From a virus (taxonomy: Duplodnaviria; Caudoviricetes): a stretch of 64,000 nucleotides of DNA. Position 1 is the stretch's first letter. Each line of letters begins with the position of its first letter. The stretch is from positions 1 through 64,000 of the IMG/VR virus record IMGVR_UViG_3300020037_001957; one strand, written 5' to 3'. The position numbers were made by a program, and so were the translations under genes. Under the pieces are notes generated by a model. The model did no database searches. It was given only the letters and a program-made list of their open reading frames with translations, and had not been told where the DNA came from. Of the stretch, positions 10,640 through 20,619 are shown in pieces.

Positions 10640-10836
10640 TTTATGTCGAATATGCTACTATTTAAAATTAATTTATTAAGAGGGATTATAAATGTATAAT
10701 CTTTACTTTGTGGAATTATTTTTAATTGCCGTCTTAGCCTTTCTTTTGGATGCATCTTAATAACATACGCATCCCAATATAACCTACAAAGCTCTCTATT
10801 CTGTTCTTTTGTTAATTCAATAGGGTATTCTGTCAT
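10636..10836 (-). CDS. Hypothetical protein
   Basis: 66 aa ORF, ATGA-coupled. Confidence 0.5.
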   Translation of the reverse strand: MTEYPIELTKEQNRELCRLYWDAYVIKMHPKERLRRQLKIIPQSKDYTFIIPLNKLILNSSIFDIK

Positions 10837-10840
10837 TGTA

Positions 10841-11050
10841 TTAATACTTTAAAAATTTACTTAACGCAATAATTATATCCTCTTTTCTGTAAAATTGTGG
10901 ATTGCCAATAAATTGGTCTAAGTGAGTTGGTTTAATAATTTTGCCATCTATTAAAACATACGGCACTAAACTAGACGCTCCAATGTCAAATAAATTAATC
11001 ACATCTGTTAGATTTATTTGCTTGTCTGTGGCATTTGGTATCTTTTCCAT
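10841..11050 (-). CDS. Hypothetical protein
   Basis: 69 aa ORF in the cassette. Confidence 0.5.
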   Translation of the reverse strand: MEKIPNATDKQINLTDVINLFDIGASSLVPYVLIDGKIIKPTHLDQFIGNPQFYRKEDIIIALSKFLKY

Positions 11051-11052
11051 AT

Positions 11053-11607
11053 CTATTTTATTAATACTTTAATTCGTTTGTTACCTACTTGTTTGATTAA
11101 TAGTTCACCTTGTTTAGGTTCTACTATCTCCCCGCTAAAATTGTAGTAAATAGGGGTTAAGATAGATTTTTCATGCTCTTCTATCCCTACTGCATTTGTA
11201 CAATCCTTAACTAAAACAGCCTCAATTTTACTGTCTTTAAATGTGAAAGAAAAAATAGTATTTACGCCCGAAGGTTCTAAGGAATTACAAGGAATCTTTA
11301 GTTTAAAAGAGTAAGTAGTGTCATTAAAGAAATTACCAACGGGCGCTTTACTCATCTTAAAAATATCAGTGTAATTGAATAAAGCCATCGTCCTGTAAAG
11401 ACTACTCACTTGAGCAAATAAAGTGAAGTTTGTAGGCGCTGATAAAGGGACTTGAGCCCTGTAAACAAAGCTCACATTTATGGAGTCGCATACGCATACA
11501 CTCCCTTCTATAATACTTAGATTAGATACTGTCCCTGTGGGATTTGATTGTTGTGAATTTACGGTGAGAGATAGTCCAACCGCCAAAATAATAAATAGTT
11601 TTTTCAT
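11053..11607 (-). CDS. Secreted protein with a signal peptide and a T9SS-sorting-like C-terminal domain
   Basis: MKKLFIILAVGLSLTVNS signal peptide; C-terminus VGIEE...IYYNFSGEIVEPKQGELLIKQVGNKRIKVLIK resembles Bacteroidota T9SS CTDs. Confidence 0.6.
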   Translation of the reverse strand: MKKLFIILAVGLSLTVNSQQSNPTGTVSNLSIIEGSVCVCDSINVSFVYRAQVPLSAPTNFTLFAQVSSLYRTMALFNYTDIFKMSKAPVGNFFNDTTYSFKLKIPCNSLEPSGVNTIFSFTFKDSKIEAVLVKDCTNAVGIEEHEKSILTPIYYNFSGEIVEPKQGELLIKQVGNKRIKVLIK

Positions 11608-11623
11608 TGTTTTAAGTTTAATA

Positions 11624-11674
11624 TCACAAATCTGTAAGGAAAAAGATTTACTCTAAAATCTTACAAATCTGTGA
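11624..11674. promoter_or_regulatory. Paired operator-like sites 1 (inverted pair)
   Basis: TCACAAATCTGTAA 11624-11637 and TTACAAATCTGTGA 11661-11674; starts 37 bp apart. Confidence 0.75.
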
Positions 11675-11686
11675 TGATTTAATACT

Positions 11687-11714
11687 TTAACGAAGATAAA
11701 CTAAAAAGGTTGCA
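11687..11714 (-). promoter_or_regulatory. ECF-sigma-like promoter of the accessory cassette
   Basis: Minus strand TGCAACC-N15-CGTTAA. Confidence 0.55.
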
Positions 11715-11715
11715 T

Positions 11716-14700
11716 TTATTTTTTCGTATTGAAAATAGATGAGATTGACCTCAGTATTTTAACACTTGTGGTTACAGTCGTAGGGTTAGTGGTATAATTC
11801 TTCTTTCTTAGACTCACTTTTAAGTATCGGTTCATAATTCTACCCGTTGTACTCAGCGGCAAATTACTTACTATCTTATTCCAAATGAATCGGTAGTTTC
11901 TATTGGTAGAAGAAATACTCAAATCCGACGCTGTTTGATTATCAGCTTCAATGTAAATATCTGTATAGTTCACATTAAGCGGTCCGTTCTGGGAGATGTT
12001 TTGCACTTCAAATGATTCCTCAGCCGACATTTTAGGGTTGATGATAATATCAATTCTATTGTCCACTACCTTACCGAAAAACTTATTGTAAACATAATCA
12101 GGGGCAGTTGTTTCATTTAAAGATGATGGTTGATTTAACACCCATACTTGGTTTACTTTATTGATTAAAGTCCAATAAGTAGAACCCGACGCTCCTTCAG
12201 GAAACTTAGCTACATTGTCTAATGTTACATTTGCAATACAAACATATTCATTCTGTCTGTAAGAACTTGCTCCCCATAACGTCTCTCCTACTACAAAAGG
12301 TTCATTTGTAAGAACTCCTGTTTTTAATAGATACTGAGTAGTGTTTTTAGGGTTGTTAGCCATGAACACATATCCATTATGGTTGTGCATGAAGTATGGA
12401 AGCATATCGTAAAGTCCTACAAAGCATTTCTTATTACTCATATGCAAGTACCCAACAGTAAAGTCCTTAGTCTTTAAGTCCAAGTAATTCTGCCCCATGA
12501 ATTTAAAAGTCATATAAGTCATTTTAAACTTAGGGTCATACACTGAGATAATACCAACGCTTGTTAAAGGTCTATCTGATGTGTCATCAAATGTAGGGGA
12601 ATTTAAAAGCAATGTTTTATCATGTGCTTGCGTTCCTTCAATCTCTAAAAATATCTCATCAAAGAATCCCTTTAATCCAAATATCTGACTCACTTCCGCA
12701 AGCCCACCGCCAAAGTCTAATATCACAAAAGCTTTCTTGCTCATGTCAAACCAAGCAAATCCATACTCAGTTTCAGTGATACTCCATTGGTGTTGAGTAC
12801 CAAAGTAAGAACTAATAACATCCCATCGGTCAATCACCCCTCCTGTACCTATCGTAGTGGCATCTCCTGTCGCTCCACTTAACACTTGACGTTCTAGTAT
12901 CGGAACGGTGCTAATCGCTTTATCCTGCCATACAACAACCTTGTCTTCTTTTACATTAATGTCATTGATGCGCCCGTAATTAGCTGATATGTCTTTTAAG
13001 TCAAGTAAACTAAAATCTCTAAAAGAGTCTTCAGTTTCTCCAATAACCTTCTGACCAGCCCATCTTATCCTTGCTTGAAACTCAGTACTATTAATGAAAT
13101 TTACTGGCAACGCAGGGTAAACAACTGATTGTCCTTCTGTGCTATATCCGGGATTGTAGGAATAATCTTCTAAAGCCACCCTAGACAAGGTGCTTAAAAA
13201 CGCTATTGAATTAGTGTCGGCAGCGCCCGTATAAAACATTCCTACATTGGAAGTCTTTTTACCTCTACGAAGATTGTAATTAGCATTACACTCGCAAGGG
13301 AATGTCCATGCGTATGAATACATTGTTCCTCCAAAGCCGTTGTTATACACTCCATATCCATAATCTATTAAAGCCGTATAACAATCTCCACCAAATACAT
13401 CAATGTCATTAAATACATATTTATCAACTCCGTCAAAAACCTCTGCTAAAACAGTTGAGTTTATTGGCTGAAAATGTCCTGTTGAAATATAAAGAGTATT
13501 AGCTTTTGAAGAGTCGCCTGTTCCACCATAAGGAGTCCCTGCTCCTGCTTTTACATAGTTCATTAAAATTCTTTGCTTTAATGCTGTTGCTCCCGCATTA
13601 TTAGAGCTGTAATCATAAATAGATGGACCGTAGTGTAAGAAGTCTGTATCTATTTCAAGTAGCACTCTCTTGCCTCCCGATGCTTGCGCTCCGTTTAGGT
13701 TGTAATCTACGCCACCCGATACACAAGTTCCTTTAACAACTCCGCCACCTGCGCCAACAACCATTTGATTAGTGAAAACCTCTCCTGTTGAACTTGGCCT
13801 TGATACAGTGCCGTTATCATCAACATCAACATAAAAGTTAATAGTTGCGGTTCTTATACTGCTATCATTAAGACAAGACAAGAATTTAGTGTACACCTGA
13901 GAAGGTGCTGCCATTGCGGTAGGAGCATCACTTCCTCTTACCACGCTTCCTCCGCCGTAATCAAATGGGTCAAGCCAACAAGCCTCTTCTAAAGTGTCTC
14001 CTATAACTCCAATGCTACCCTTTAATGGAGCGTTGCATAATATGTCAGGGCTTATAAATGAATATTGTTTAGAGTACACCCCGTGAGCATCGTAATTAAG
14101 CGGAACCCATGAACCCGTTTTGGTTACGTTTGGAGTGCCACCTGCATCTACATTCTGAGTTAAAATACCTTGAGTGATAATTCTTGCATCTCTCTCAGCT
14201 CTCACTATACTAAATCCACTAATTAACGCTGCCTGTTCTGCTGTAAGTTCAAGCCCGCTTATTCTTGCCCCCGAAGGATTTAATGAATAAACGTAGTTAC
14301 CCGAATTGGCAATAGGGTCTCTTCTAATTAAATTACCTGTTTTAGCAAGAACTGATTGAAATTGATAATCGGCTAACCACTTCACATAAAATGGATTTCC
14401 TTTAAGGTCGTAGAAAAGTACTCCAAATCTATAAGTTTCTCCACTCCAATACCCTGTCATCAAATGACTAACAGCGGCAGACTTATAATCCCAAAAGCAA
14501 TCATTTACAGTATCATCAGTTCTTTTAAGCTCAATAGCCCTTGGTCTTGGGTCTCCCGAATCAGTGGTGTATTTATTAATAGCAACGCATGGAACAAATG
14601 CTCCCGTCCCTACAATAGTAATAGAGTCATCTCCTGCAAGCCCTGTGGCTTCAATAGTTATAACCTCTCCTGCCAAATACACAGTACCTTTGTATGTAAC

Positions 14701-16185
14701 TGTATTTGTAGCGGGAGTGCCAACCGTAACTAACCATCTTGAAAACGGCATAAGCCCTGTAACCACACCTGCCCCTGCATAACCTCCCGATTGAGGGCTA
14801 ATCCCTGAATACACCATCCCCGACAAAGAACAACTAGATGCATCATAATGAACATTCATTGGATATTCTATTGGTCCGATGTTTACTAAACTAGCTCCAT
14901 CCCAATCAAATTCCTCTCTCTCCACCGTGTTACCCGCTAAAATATAGTTCTTGTTTGTGGCTAATGTTTTACATCTTAAAATACTTGCAGGAAATAATGT
15001 AATCTCCCCTATTGTCAATTCACCTAAGTTTATATCTCCCGTGTGAGCAATAGCCATATTCGTGCCCGTAATAACTTCCTTAGCTATAATAGTTATTTGT
15101 CTTGGGGCTAATTCAGATTGGTCGAACTCAGCACAAGCCACTTCAATAAAATCAAAATTAGTGTCAATTCCTTCTACAATTAAATTAACAGCAATGTTGC
15201 TGTTTCTTAAAACAGTAGTTGTTCCACCGCCAACAAAGTTGTGATAAGGAACTGAAGGTGAAGACAGGTCAGATGACTCATTAATTGTTCCTACTAATAC
15301 AGGTGCGCTGCCATAACTCCATGAAGTTGTTATCCCCTCTGAGCTACTTAGTCTGTAATAGTAAACCTTAGAGCCGCAATACAAACTACCATTACTGTAT
15401 TCATCAAATACAATACTCCCCATCGCTCTTGATGGGGTAAAGTTTAAAAGCTCGTATGGATAATATTCAACCACCATCGCAGGACGGTCAGGGGCAGAAA
15501 GGTCTGTGTAGTTTGGTCCTGAAGCAGTGAATATGTTTTGAGTTGCAGTGTCAGTAATCCCCGGACCATAATCAACAGCCGAATGAGTAATAGCACCTTG
15601 AAGCACCATGTACTGTTGTCCTGTAACTAAACTTCCACTTGCAATGTATGTAGTGAAAATAGGATTAGAAACATTAAATACCCTTGGCTCGTTGAAGTTA
15701 TCTGTCCAGTAAATCCTTTCAATCAATTCATTCTCTATAAATGAGAATCCTTTTATTCTATGCTCTTGAGCGAAATTTAAACTAACATGATGGTATAATG
15801 GAATGTAGCCGGGGTTTCTTTCTCCTGCGATAGCCTCTGCTCTTATACCTTCACCATAAGGTAAATACTTTAGCATACCGACCTCTCCATATCCTCCCGT
15901 TAAGCTGTTTGTACTTAATACAATTAATTTATCAGGGAAAGAAATCATCCCTAATATCTTTGGCAAATCACCTGCGGTTGGGTACGCAGCGTTGTATGGT
16001 TCATTTATTGAAAATGTAACAGTGTTACCTAAGCAGTCCTTAACTGTGAAGTTACGCCCGTCCTGAGAAACAAGACTGCAATTCTTCATGTAGGTGTAAG
16101 TGCCATCAGGCTGAAGGACTACATCGTAATCACTCGTCATGCCATTCTCGAAAGTGTTTTCAAATGCTCCTCTCATATTTACCAA
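11716..16185 (-). CDS. Tail muzzle / stabilization (nozzle) protein, crAss-like; start may be ATG 16176
   Basis: About 1490 aa; Y..GETYRFGVLFYDLKGNP and C-terminal HQWS/GFAWFD/YDPKFK motifs typical of podovirus stabilization proteins. Confidence 0.75.
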   Translation of the reverse strand: MVNMRGAFENTFENGMTSDYDVVLQPDGTYTYMKNCSLVSQDGRNFTVKDCLGNTVTFSINEPYNAAYPTAGDLPKILGMISFPDKLIVLSTNSLTGGYGEVGMLKYLPYGEGIRAEAIAGERNPGYIPLYHHVSLNFAQEHRIKGFSFIENELIERIYWTDNFNEPRVFNVSNPIFTTYIASGSLVTGQQYMVLQGAITHSAVDYGPGITDTATQNIFTASGPNYTDLSAPDRPAMVVEYYPYELLNFTPSRAMGSIVFDEYSNGSLYCGSKVYYYRLSSSEGITTSWSYGSAPVLVGTINESSDLSSPSVPYHNFVGGGTTTVLRNSNIAVNLIVEGIDTNFDFIEVACAEFDQSELAPRQITIIAKEVITGTNMAIAHTGDINLGELTIGEITLFPASILRCKTLATNKNYILAGNTVEREEFDWDGASLVNIGPIEYPMNVHYDASSCSLSGMVYSGISPQSGGYAGAGVVTGLMPFSRWLVTVGTPATNTVTYKGTVYLAGEVITIEATGLAGDDSITIVGTGAFVPCVAINKYTTDSGDPRPRAIELKRTDDTVNDCFWDYKSAAVSHLMTGYWSGETYRFGVLFYDLKGNPFYVKWLADYQFQSVLAKTGNLIRRDPIANSGNYVYSLNPSGARISGLELTAEQAALISGFSIVRAERDARIITQGILTQNVDAGGTPNVTKTGSWVPLNYDAHGVYSKQYSFISPDILCNAPLKGSIGVIGDTLEEACWLDPFDYGGGSVVRGSDAPTAMAAPSQVYTKFLSCLNDSSIRTATINFYVDVDDNGTVSRPSSTGEVFTNQMVVGAGGGVVKGTCVSGGVDYNLNGAQASGGKRVLLEIDTDFLHYGPSIYDYSSNNAGATALKQRILMNYVKAGAGTPYGGTGDSSKANTLYISTGHFQPINSTVLAEVFDGVDKYVFNDIDVFGGDCYTALIDYGYGVYNNGFGGTMYSYAWTFPCECNANYNLRRGKKTSNVGMFYTGAADTNSIAFLSTLSRVALEDYSYNPGYSTEGQSVVYPALPVNFINSTEFQARIRWAGQKVIGETEDSFRDFSLLDLKDISANYGRINDINVKEDKVVVWQDKAISTVPILERQVLSGATGDATTIGTGGVIDRWDVISSYFGTQHQWSITETEYGFAWFDMSKKAFVILDFGGGLAEVSQIFGLKGFFDEIFLEIEGTQAHDKTLLLNSPTFDDTSDRPLTSVGIISVYDPKFKMTYMTFKFMGQNYLDLKTKDFTVGYLHMSNKKCFVGLYDMLPYFMHNHNGYVFMANNPKNTTQYLLKTGVLTNEPFVVGETLWGASSYRQNEYVCIANVTLDNVAKFPEGASGSTYWTLINKVNQVWVLNQPSSLNETTAPDYVYNKFFGKVVDNRIDIIINPKMSAEESFEVQNISQNGPLNVNYTDIYIEADNQTASDLSISSTNRNYRFIWNKIVSNLPLSTTGRIMNRYLKVSLRKKNYTTNPTTVTTSVKILRSISSIFNTKK

Positions 16186-16928
16186 ATATTATACATTCCA
16201 CCTAAAGTAGTAAACATTCCTTCGTTTAAGCTTCTACCCGCATAAGGGTTATGAAGCATACCATTAATCTTCTTCCATTCACTTGGGGTTGGAATTGCAT
16301 CCATCGCCCGCGCGTGTGAACACTCTCTATTCCATTCCTCCCTGTAAACATTCATCTTTCCATACTCCAATGAATTAACAGCCTTATTTAAAAGATACTG
16401 CCAGCAAATATAATATCTGATAGCATCAATATGATTCTCACTCACCTCTAAAAACCCATCACAATCCGTCTTATAAGCTATGTATTGAACTGTTACTTTC
16501 TGTTCATCATAACGATTAGTTTCAAAAATTATCTTATTGTTCTGTACTGAAAACGGCACAGTTCCAAAGTTTATTCCTTCAGGAGTATCGTAAGCATCCA
16601 CTACCATAAAGGTATTATCAGAAGTTCCATACACTGAAGGAGATTGTGCATTTAAGCAATAAGTTCTAAGTAGATTATCACAGCTCTCTCCCCTGTCTCC
16701 CATAATGGCTATTTCTATTTTTACAGCGTCGGAAGGTAGGCAAGCTACACATTGGGTAACATCAAGCACCTTTCTTTTAAGTTCCATTGCCGCAGCACTC
16801 CCTATTTGCTTTTCAGCAATAGTGGCATACCTAGTGAATAAGGGACGCATTTTATCATGGTCTATCTGAAGCATCTGTTCAGCGTCCACAATCGGAGTGT
16901 GTATCGAAACGAGTTTATTTATTGCCAT
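16179..16928 (-). CDS. Tail ring / tubular protein
   Basis: 249 aa next to the muzzle gene; YIAYKTDCDGFLEV..HIDAIRYYI pattern of crAss-like ring proteins. Confidence 0.6.
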   Translation of the reverse strand: MAINKLVSIHTPIVDAEQMLQIDHDKMRPLFTRYATIAEKQIGSAAAMELKRKVLDVTQCVACLPSDAVKIEIAIMGDRGESCDNLLRTYCLNAQSPSVYGTSDNTFMVVDAYDTPEGINFGTVPFSVQNNKIIFETNRYDEQKVTVQYIAYKTDCDGFLEVSENHIDAIRYYICWQYLLNKAVNSLEYGKMNVYREEWNRECSHARAMDAIPTPSEWKKINGMLHNPYAGRSLNEGMFTTLGGMYNIW

Positions 16929-17415
16929 CTCTTTTTATTCTATAATAGGTTTGTGTATTCTTTAATTCTTCGTGTACTCTTTTTTTCAACTTGGCATCAG
17001 CCTCAAATATCAATTCCCCTTTGTAGTTCAAATCTGTAAATACAATCTTATACTTAATCCCGTATCTATTGTCATCAAATCTTACAGCGTCCTTCACTAT
17101 CCCGTTTATGTTCTTTCCGTTACCCATTATCGCTAGTAACTTCGGGTCATTCTCAAATCTCGTTCCTACAATCTCTATACTCGTTCTCTCATCTATCTTT
17201 GCCTTACCCATCTTTAGCATCGGGCGGATGATTGCATATTCACAGTAGTCCTTCCAAATCATCTTAACAGCCGTAACTGATACATCCTTCTTATACTTCT
17301 TCTTCATTGTTCTCTTTGCTCTTTTACAAAGTAATGGGAAGTTGAATGTATTAGCTAGTTTTCGCTGCATCATCCGCTGAGTCATTGTTAATGTCGGCAA
17401 GCTGAGATTGTTCAA
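16915..17415 (-). CDS. Basic protein, possibly a divergent HU/IHF-like DNA-binding protein
   Basis: Lys/Arg-rich; same position as IHF-like genes in crAss-like tail modules; positional inference only. Confidence 0.35.
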   Translation of the reverse strand: MNNLSLPTLTMTQRMMQRKLANTFNFPLLCKRAKRTMKKKYKKDVSVTAVKMIWKDYCEYAIIRPMLKMGKAKIDERTSIEIVGTRFENDPKLLAIMGNGKNINGIVKDAVRFDDNRYGIKYKIVFTDLNYKGELIFEADAKLKKRVHEELKNTQTYYRIKRDGNK

Positions 17416-18187
17416 TCTTAAATTCTTTTGTTAAAATCTCAAGCTCAATCATTCTAATCATTTCACCACTTGCAGGGAACGGGTCAGTGTCTCTATAAGC
17501 TCTTGCTTGTGTGTTCAAATAGACTGTGCCGTTCCCTGTAAATGTCGCCGTTGCTGTGGCGGTAAATGTCGTGTTCTCTGCATAAACAACATTGTCGTAT
17601 ATCACTGTTCCAAACTTCACTAAGTAAACTGTTCCACTAACCAAAGCGCCACTTAATACGGGCGCTGAGTTAATTAAATATCCATCGGCAGGGTCTAGAA
17701 GAAGCCCTGTAAAAGATAGTTTATCCACAATGCTATTCACGTACAAATCAGTGTTTCTGCGGTCATAATACTTGAATAGTCCCCACGTACTATCACTAGG
17801 AATGTAGTTCCAATTAGTCATTCTCATTAAAGAATAAGTTTTAGTTCCACACATAGAGCTTAAACTGAATATCCCTAAATCTAGGTTACCGTCCTTTGTC
17901 TGTAAGGATATAGTTTGAGGGATAGTAGTCTTTGAAATATCGCAATTACACGTAATTGAATTGTCATCCGCGCGGTTGACCTTATAGAAATTAAGAGTCA
18001 TTGGAGATGAAAGCCATGTGTAATCTATTGTCTTGGTAGCTAGGTATTGCTGTACTTTTAAGTCGGCTGCTACTTGACAGATTTTGTAGTACAAAAAATC
18101 GGGGTCGAGTCTTGAGTCATCACTGTAACTAAACTTAGTAAGTAATGCTGTTATGGAATCTATAATGTTTTTTGCTGTTTGTGCCAT
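17351..18187 (-). CDS. Tail ring protein
   Basis: 278 aa; YSDDSRLD N-terminus and DPFPASGEMIRMI C-terminus like crAss-like ring proteins. Confidence 0.6.
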   Translation of the reverse strand: MAQTAKNIIDSITALLTKFSYSDDSRLDPDFLYYKICQVAADLKVQQYLATKTIDYTWLSSPMTLNFYKVNRADDNSITCNCDISKTTIPQTISLQTKDGNLDLGIFSLSSMCGTKTYSLMRMTNWNYIPSDSTWGLFKYYDRRNTDLYVNSIVDKLSFTGLLLDPADGYLINSAPVLSGALVSGTVYLVKFGTVIYDNVVYAENTTFTATATATFTGNGTVYLNTQARAYRDTDPFPASGEMIRMIELEILTKEFKIEQSQLADINNDSADDAAKTS

Positions 18188-18236
18188 AGGATAAATATAA
18201 GTATTTTCTTAGCACAGAGATTAATTTTTTATTAAC

Positions 18237-18743
18237 CTACCTAACTATACTTATCCCTAATAAGGCAGCCTCAGCCACGCTTATTACTTTCCATAGTATA
18301 ACCTTGCGCTTTAACTTCTTAATCTCCTTAGAGTGGGAGGATATGGCTGTACTGTCAGATGTTCTAATGGTTTGATAGTTCACTATCATTTTACCCTGCT
18401 TGCCTATAATCGAATCTCTACCGTTAATGGCTAAAGAGTCGTGTAGGATAATAGAATCACACGCCTGAATCACTAATTTGAGAACTGTATCACATGGCAG
18501 TTTAATCTTTAATGTGTCCTTAATGTATTTGTACTTTGTCTTGTAAACTATTCTGATGCTGTCTTGGTCTTCGGTGAAGGACTGTAATATCTGAATATCC
18601 CTTTGTAGATTCTTATTGTCTTGTAAAATACTATCCACATTCACACCCTTTGCATAAACAGGTTCTTGGCTGCATCCCTTACCTAAAAAGAATACAACAA
18701 TTAGGATAATAACTACTGCCGATATGTAAAAGTATTTAGTCAT
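18237..18743 (-). CDS. Membrane-anchored coiled-coil protein, spanin-like
   Basis: N-terminal TM segment followed by Cys, coiled coil, C-terminal hydrophobic segment; adjacent to the endolysin. Confidence 0.45.
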   Translation of the reverse strand: MTKYFYISAVVIILIVVFFLGKGCSQEPVYAKGVNVDSILQDNKNLQRDIQILQSFTEDQDSIRIVYKTKYKYIKDTLKIKLPCDTVLKLVIQACDSIILHDSLAINGRDSIIGKQGKMIVNYQTIRTSDSTAISSHSKEIKKLKRKVILWKVISVAEAALLGISIVR

Positions 18744-19053
18744 TTTGTTTGTCTAATGCTGCCTTAGCTGCTTTTGCATCCTCAATCTTATTCAGTGCAT
18801 ATCCACAAATAAATGCTTCTACACCCGCCCAAATTAAGAACTCACTCATAGGGGTTTCTCTTGCTAATAAGTAAACAAGAATCTCTATCATCCCGAATTG
18901 CAGAATGAAGAAAGCTATCCCTGATTCAATACGTTTCTTTGAGAAGAATGAAGGCTGAGTAGACCCCACCTTTAATAATTCTCTTAATAACCACTTTAGA
19001 TTCTCCCATCCGAAGAAACCATCAATGAAGTATTTAGTTAACCATGCCTTCAT
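18736..19053 (-). CDS. Membrane protein (holin/antiholin candidate)
   Basis: Two hydrophobic segments; lies in the lysis block. Confidence 0.45.
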   Translation of the reverse strand: MKAWLTKYFIDGFFGWENLKWLLRELLKVGSTQPSFFSKKRIESGIAFFILQFGMIEILVYLLARETPMSEFLIWAGVEAFICGYALNKIEDAKAAKAALDKQND

Positions 19054-19457
19054 TTTATTACAAGTGTTTGATTTCTATTTCCACCCTTCATCTTAAATGA
19101 AATATGAACCCACGAGAAGTCGTATTCGTTAATAAGTTGGTCAAAGATTAAATTAGCCTTAGCCCATTCAAATATCTTCTTATTCTCTTCCTTGCTACCG
19201 CCCGTTATATCAATAGCCTCTCCTTTTGCGTGTTGGCTTGTGGGAGAGCCTTTTACGGCCTTATTTAACTCAGGGCATCGGTAGAATGAATTAACCTTAA
19301 TTGGTTTACCATACCACTCTCTAATAGGCTCAAAGCAATGTTCTGATACAGCTTTCATGGCTTCCAAAACATCGTCTGTCGGAGTATTATCTATTCCTAG
19401 CCTTAAAGCTGTTGGGCTTATTGTAGCCTCGTCAAATGAGATGTGTTTGCTTATCAT
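19050..19457 (-). CDS. Endolysin, peptidase M15 family
   Basis: NSFYRCPELNKAVKGSPTSQHAKGEAID and WVHIS zinc-peptidase M15 motifs. Confidence 0.88.
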   Translation of the reverse strand: MISKHISFDEATISPTALRLGIDNTPTDDVLEAMKAVSEHCFEPIREWYGKPIKVNSFYRCPELNKAVKGSPTSQHAKGEAIDITGGSKEENKKIFEWAKANLIFDQLINEYDFSWVHISFKMKGGNRNQTLVIK

Positions 19458-19798
19458 TTCTTCTTGAATTTGTTAATTAAAATATCAACCACCGTTGCCA
19501 TCACTAAATCCACCTGAAACTTATATATCAACCAATACCCTACCTTCTCTCCTAATATAGTTACAACTCCAATTATCATCGGGGCAGTAGTAGAACTAAA
19601 ATGCTCATTAATCCATGCCCCCGTTATCCAAGCACATGACACCCCTATCACAATAGACAGTAATGAATTAATCAAACTAGCCGTCTTATTCTTAATCTGT
19701 ATACTAATACTTATCGCCAATGCCGCCAAACTAAATGGTAATGTCTTTATTACAAAGTTCCAAACTTCATTAGGAATTTCTTTTAATCTCTCTGGCAT
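19454..19798 (-). CDS. Putative holin
   Basis: 114 aa with three TM-like segments and a basic C-terminus, directly upstream of the endolysin. Confidence 0.65.
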   Translation of the reverse strand: MPERLKEIPNEVWNFVIKTLPFSLAALAISISIQIKNKTASLINSLLSIVIGVSCAWITGAWINEHFSSTTAPMIIGVVTILGEKVGYWLIYKFQVDLVMATVVDILINKFKKK

Positions 19799-20102
19799 AA
19801 GCTATGGGTAAATGAATTATTGCAAACAAATATAGTAATAAATCGTTAATATGAAACGCATTAATATTGAACACATATCTATCCAATATATCCCCACCAC
19901 AAAATACTATCCCTACTAAAAATACAGCCTTTGTAAACCCGTCAGTTAACTTGTAACCTATCGTGAAACATAAAGCAAATATAATAGTGTAAATAGCAAT
20001 CCGCATATCCCACCACGCAACAGAGCCGCTAATGAAGAATAATTCGCATATCCAATATCCTGTGGCGAAAAGAGCAACCGCCAAACTTGCCAATAATTTC
20101 AT
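19770..20102 (-). CDS. Multi-pass membrane protein
   Basis: Four hydrophobic segments. Confidence 0.6.
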   Translation of the reverse strand: MKLLASLAVALFATGYWICELFFISGSVAWWDMRIAIYTIIFALCFTIGYKLTDGFTKAVFLVGIVFCGGDILDRYVFNINAFHINDLLLYLFAIIHLPIAYAREIKRNS

Positions 20103-20266
20103 TTCTTTACAGGAGGATAGTCATTTGTGGGATTAACGGTCTCGCAATAAGAAGCAATCAAATCAGTTAGTTCTGTTTGTTGCTCAGGAGAAAGATTATC
20201 TTCAGGGTTAGCCCCGAATGATTGAATCACTCCTATAATTCCATTTTGTACATCTGCTTTTGTCAT
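20099..20266 (-). CDS. Small hypothetical protein (55 aa, not in the ORF track)
   Basis: Hand translation MTKADVQNGIIGVIQSFGANPEDNLS...YPPVKK; ATGA overlaps at both ends. Confidence 0.55.
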   Translation of the reverse strand: MTKADVQNGIIGVIQSFGANPEDNLSPEQQTELTDLIASYCETVNPTNDYPPVKK

Positions 20267-20619
20267 TTTGTTTTTGTTTTAAATATATGATTATAAAAAA
20301 TGTTGAACACTAAGTTATACACAATTCCCATAACTACAAAGTCAATTACAGGGATAAATGAGTGATAAAATACAATAGCTAGACACCACAACACTATCAT
20401 TGTTGACTTAGCCAAGTGCCACGCGTCGGGACGGTATTTAGTGAATGGAATAAACTTTACATTGTGAGCTGAGATAGGCTTGCACCAAAACGCTACTTTC
20501 TTATTCTTAAACCTAGAATCTTTAAAAGAGATAGTGGTTTCTACCTTATCCATTAAAGCATTACAAATGGCAGCTAAAGCTATAAATATGTAGGTTAAGA
20601 ATATCATTTCTTTTTCCAA
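20263..20619 (-). CDS. Membrane protein
   Basis: Hydrophobic segments plus a DAWHLAK motif. Confidence 0.6.
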   Translation of the reverse strand: MEKEMIFLTYIFIALAAICNALMDKVETTISFKDSRFKNKKVAFWCKPISAHNVKFIPFTKYRPDAWHLAKSTMIVLWCLAIVFYHSFIPVIDFVVMGIVYNLVFNIFYNHIFKTKTK

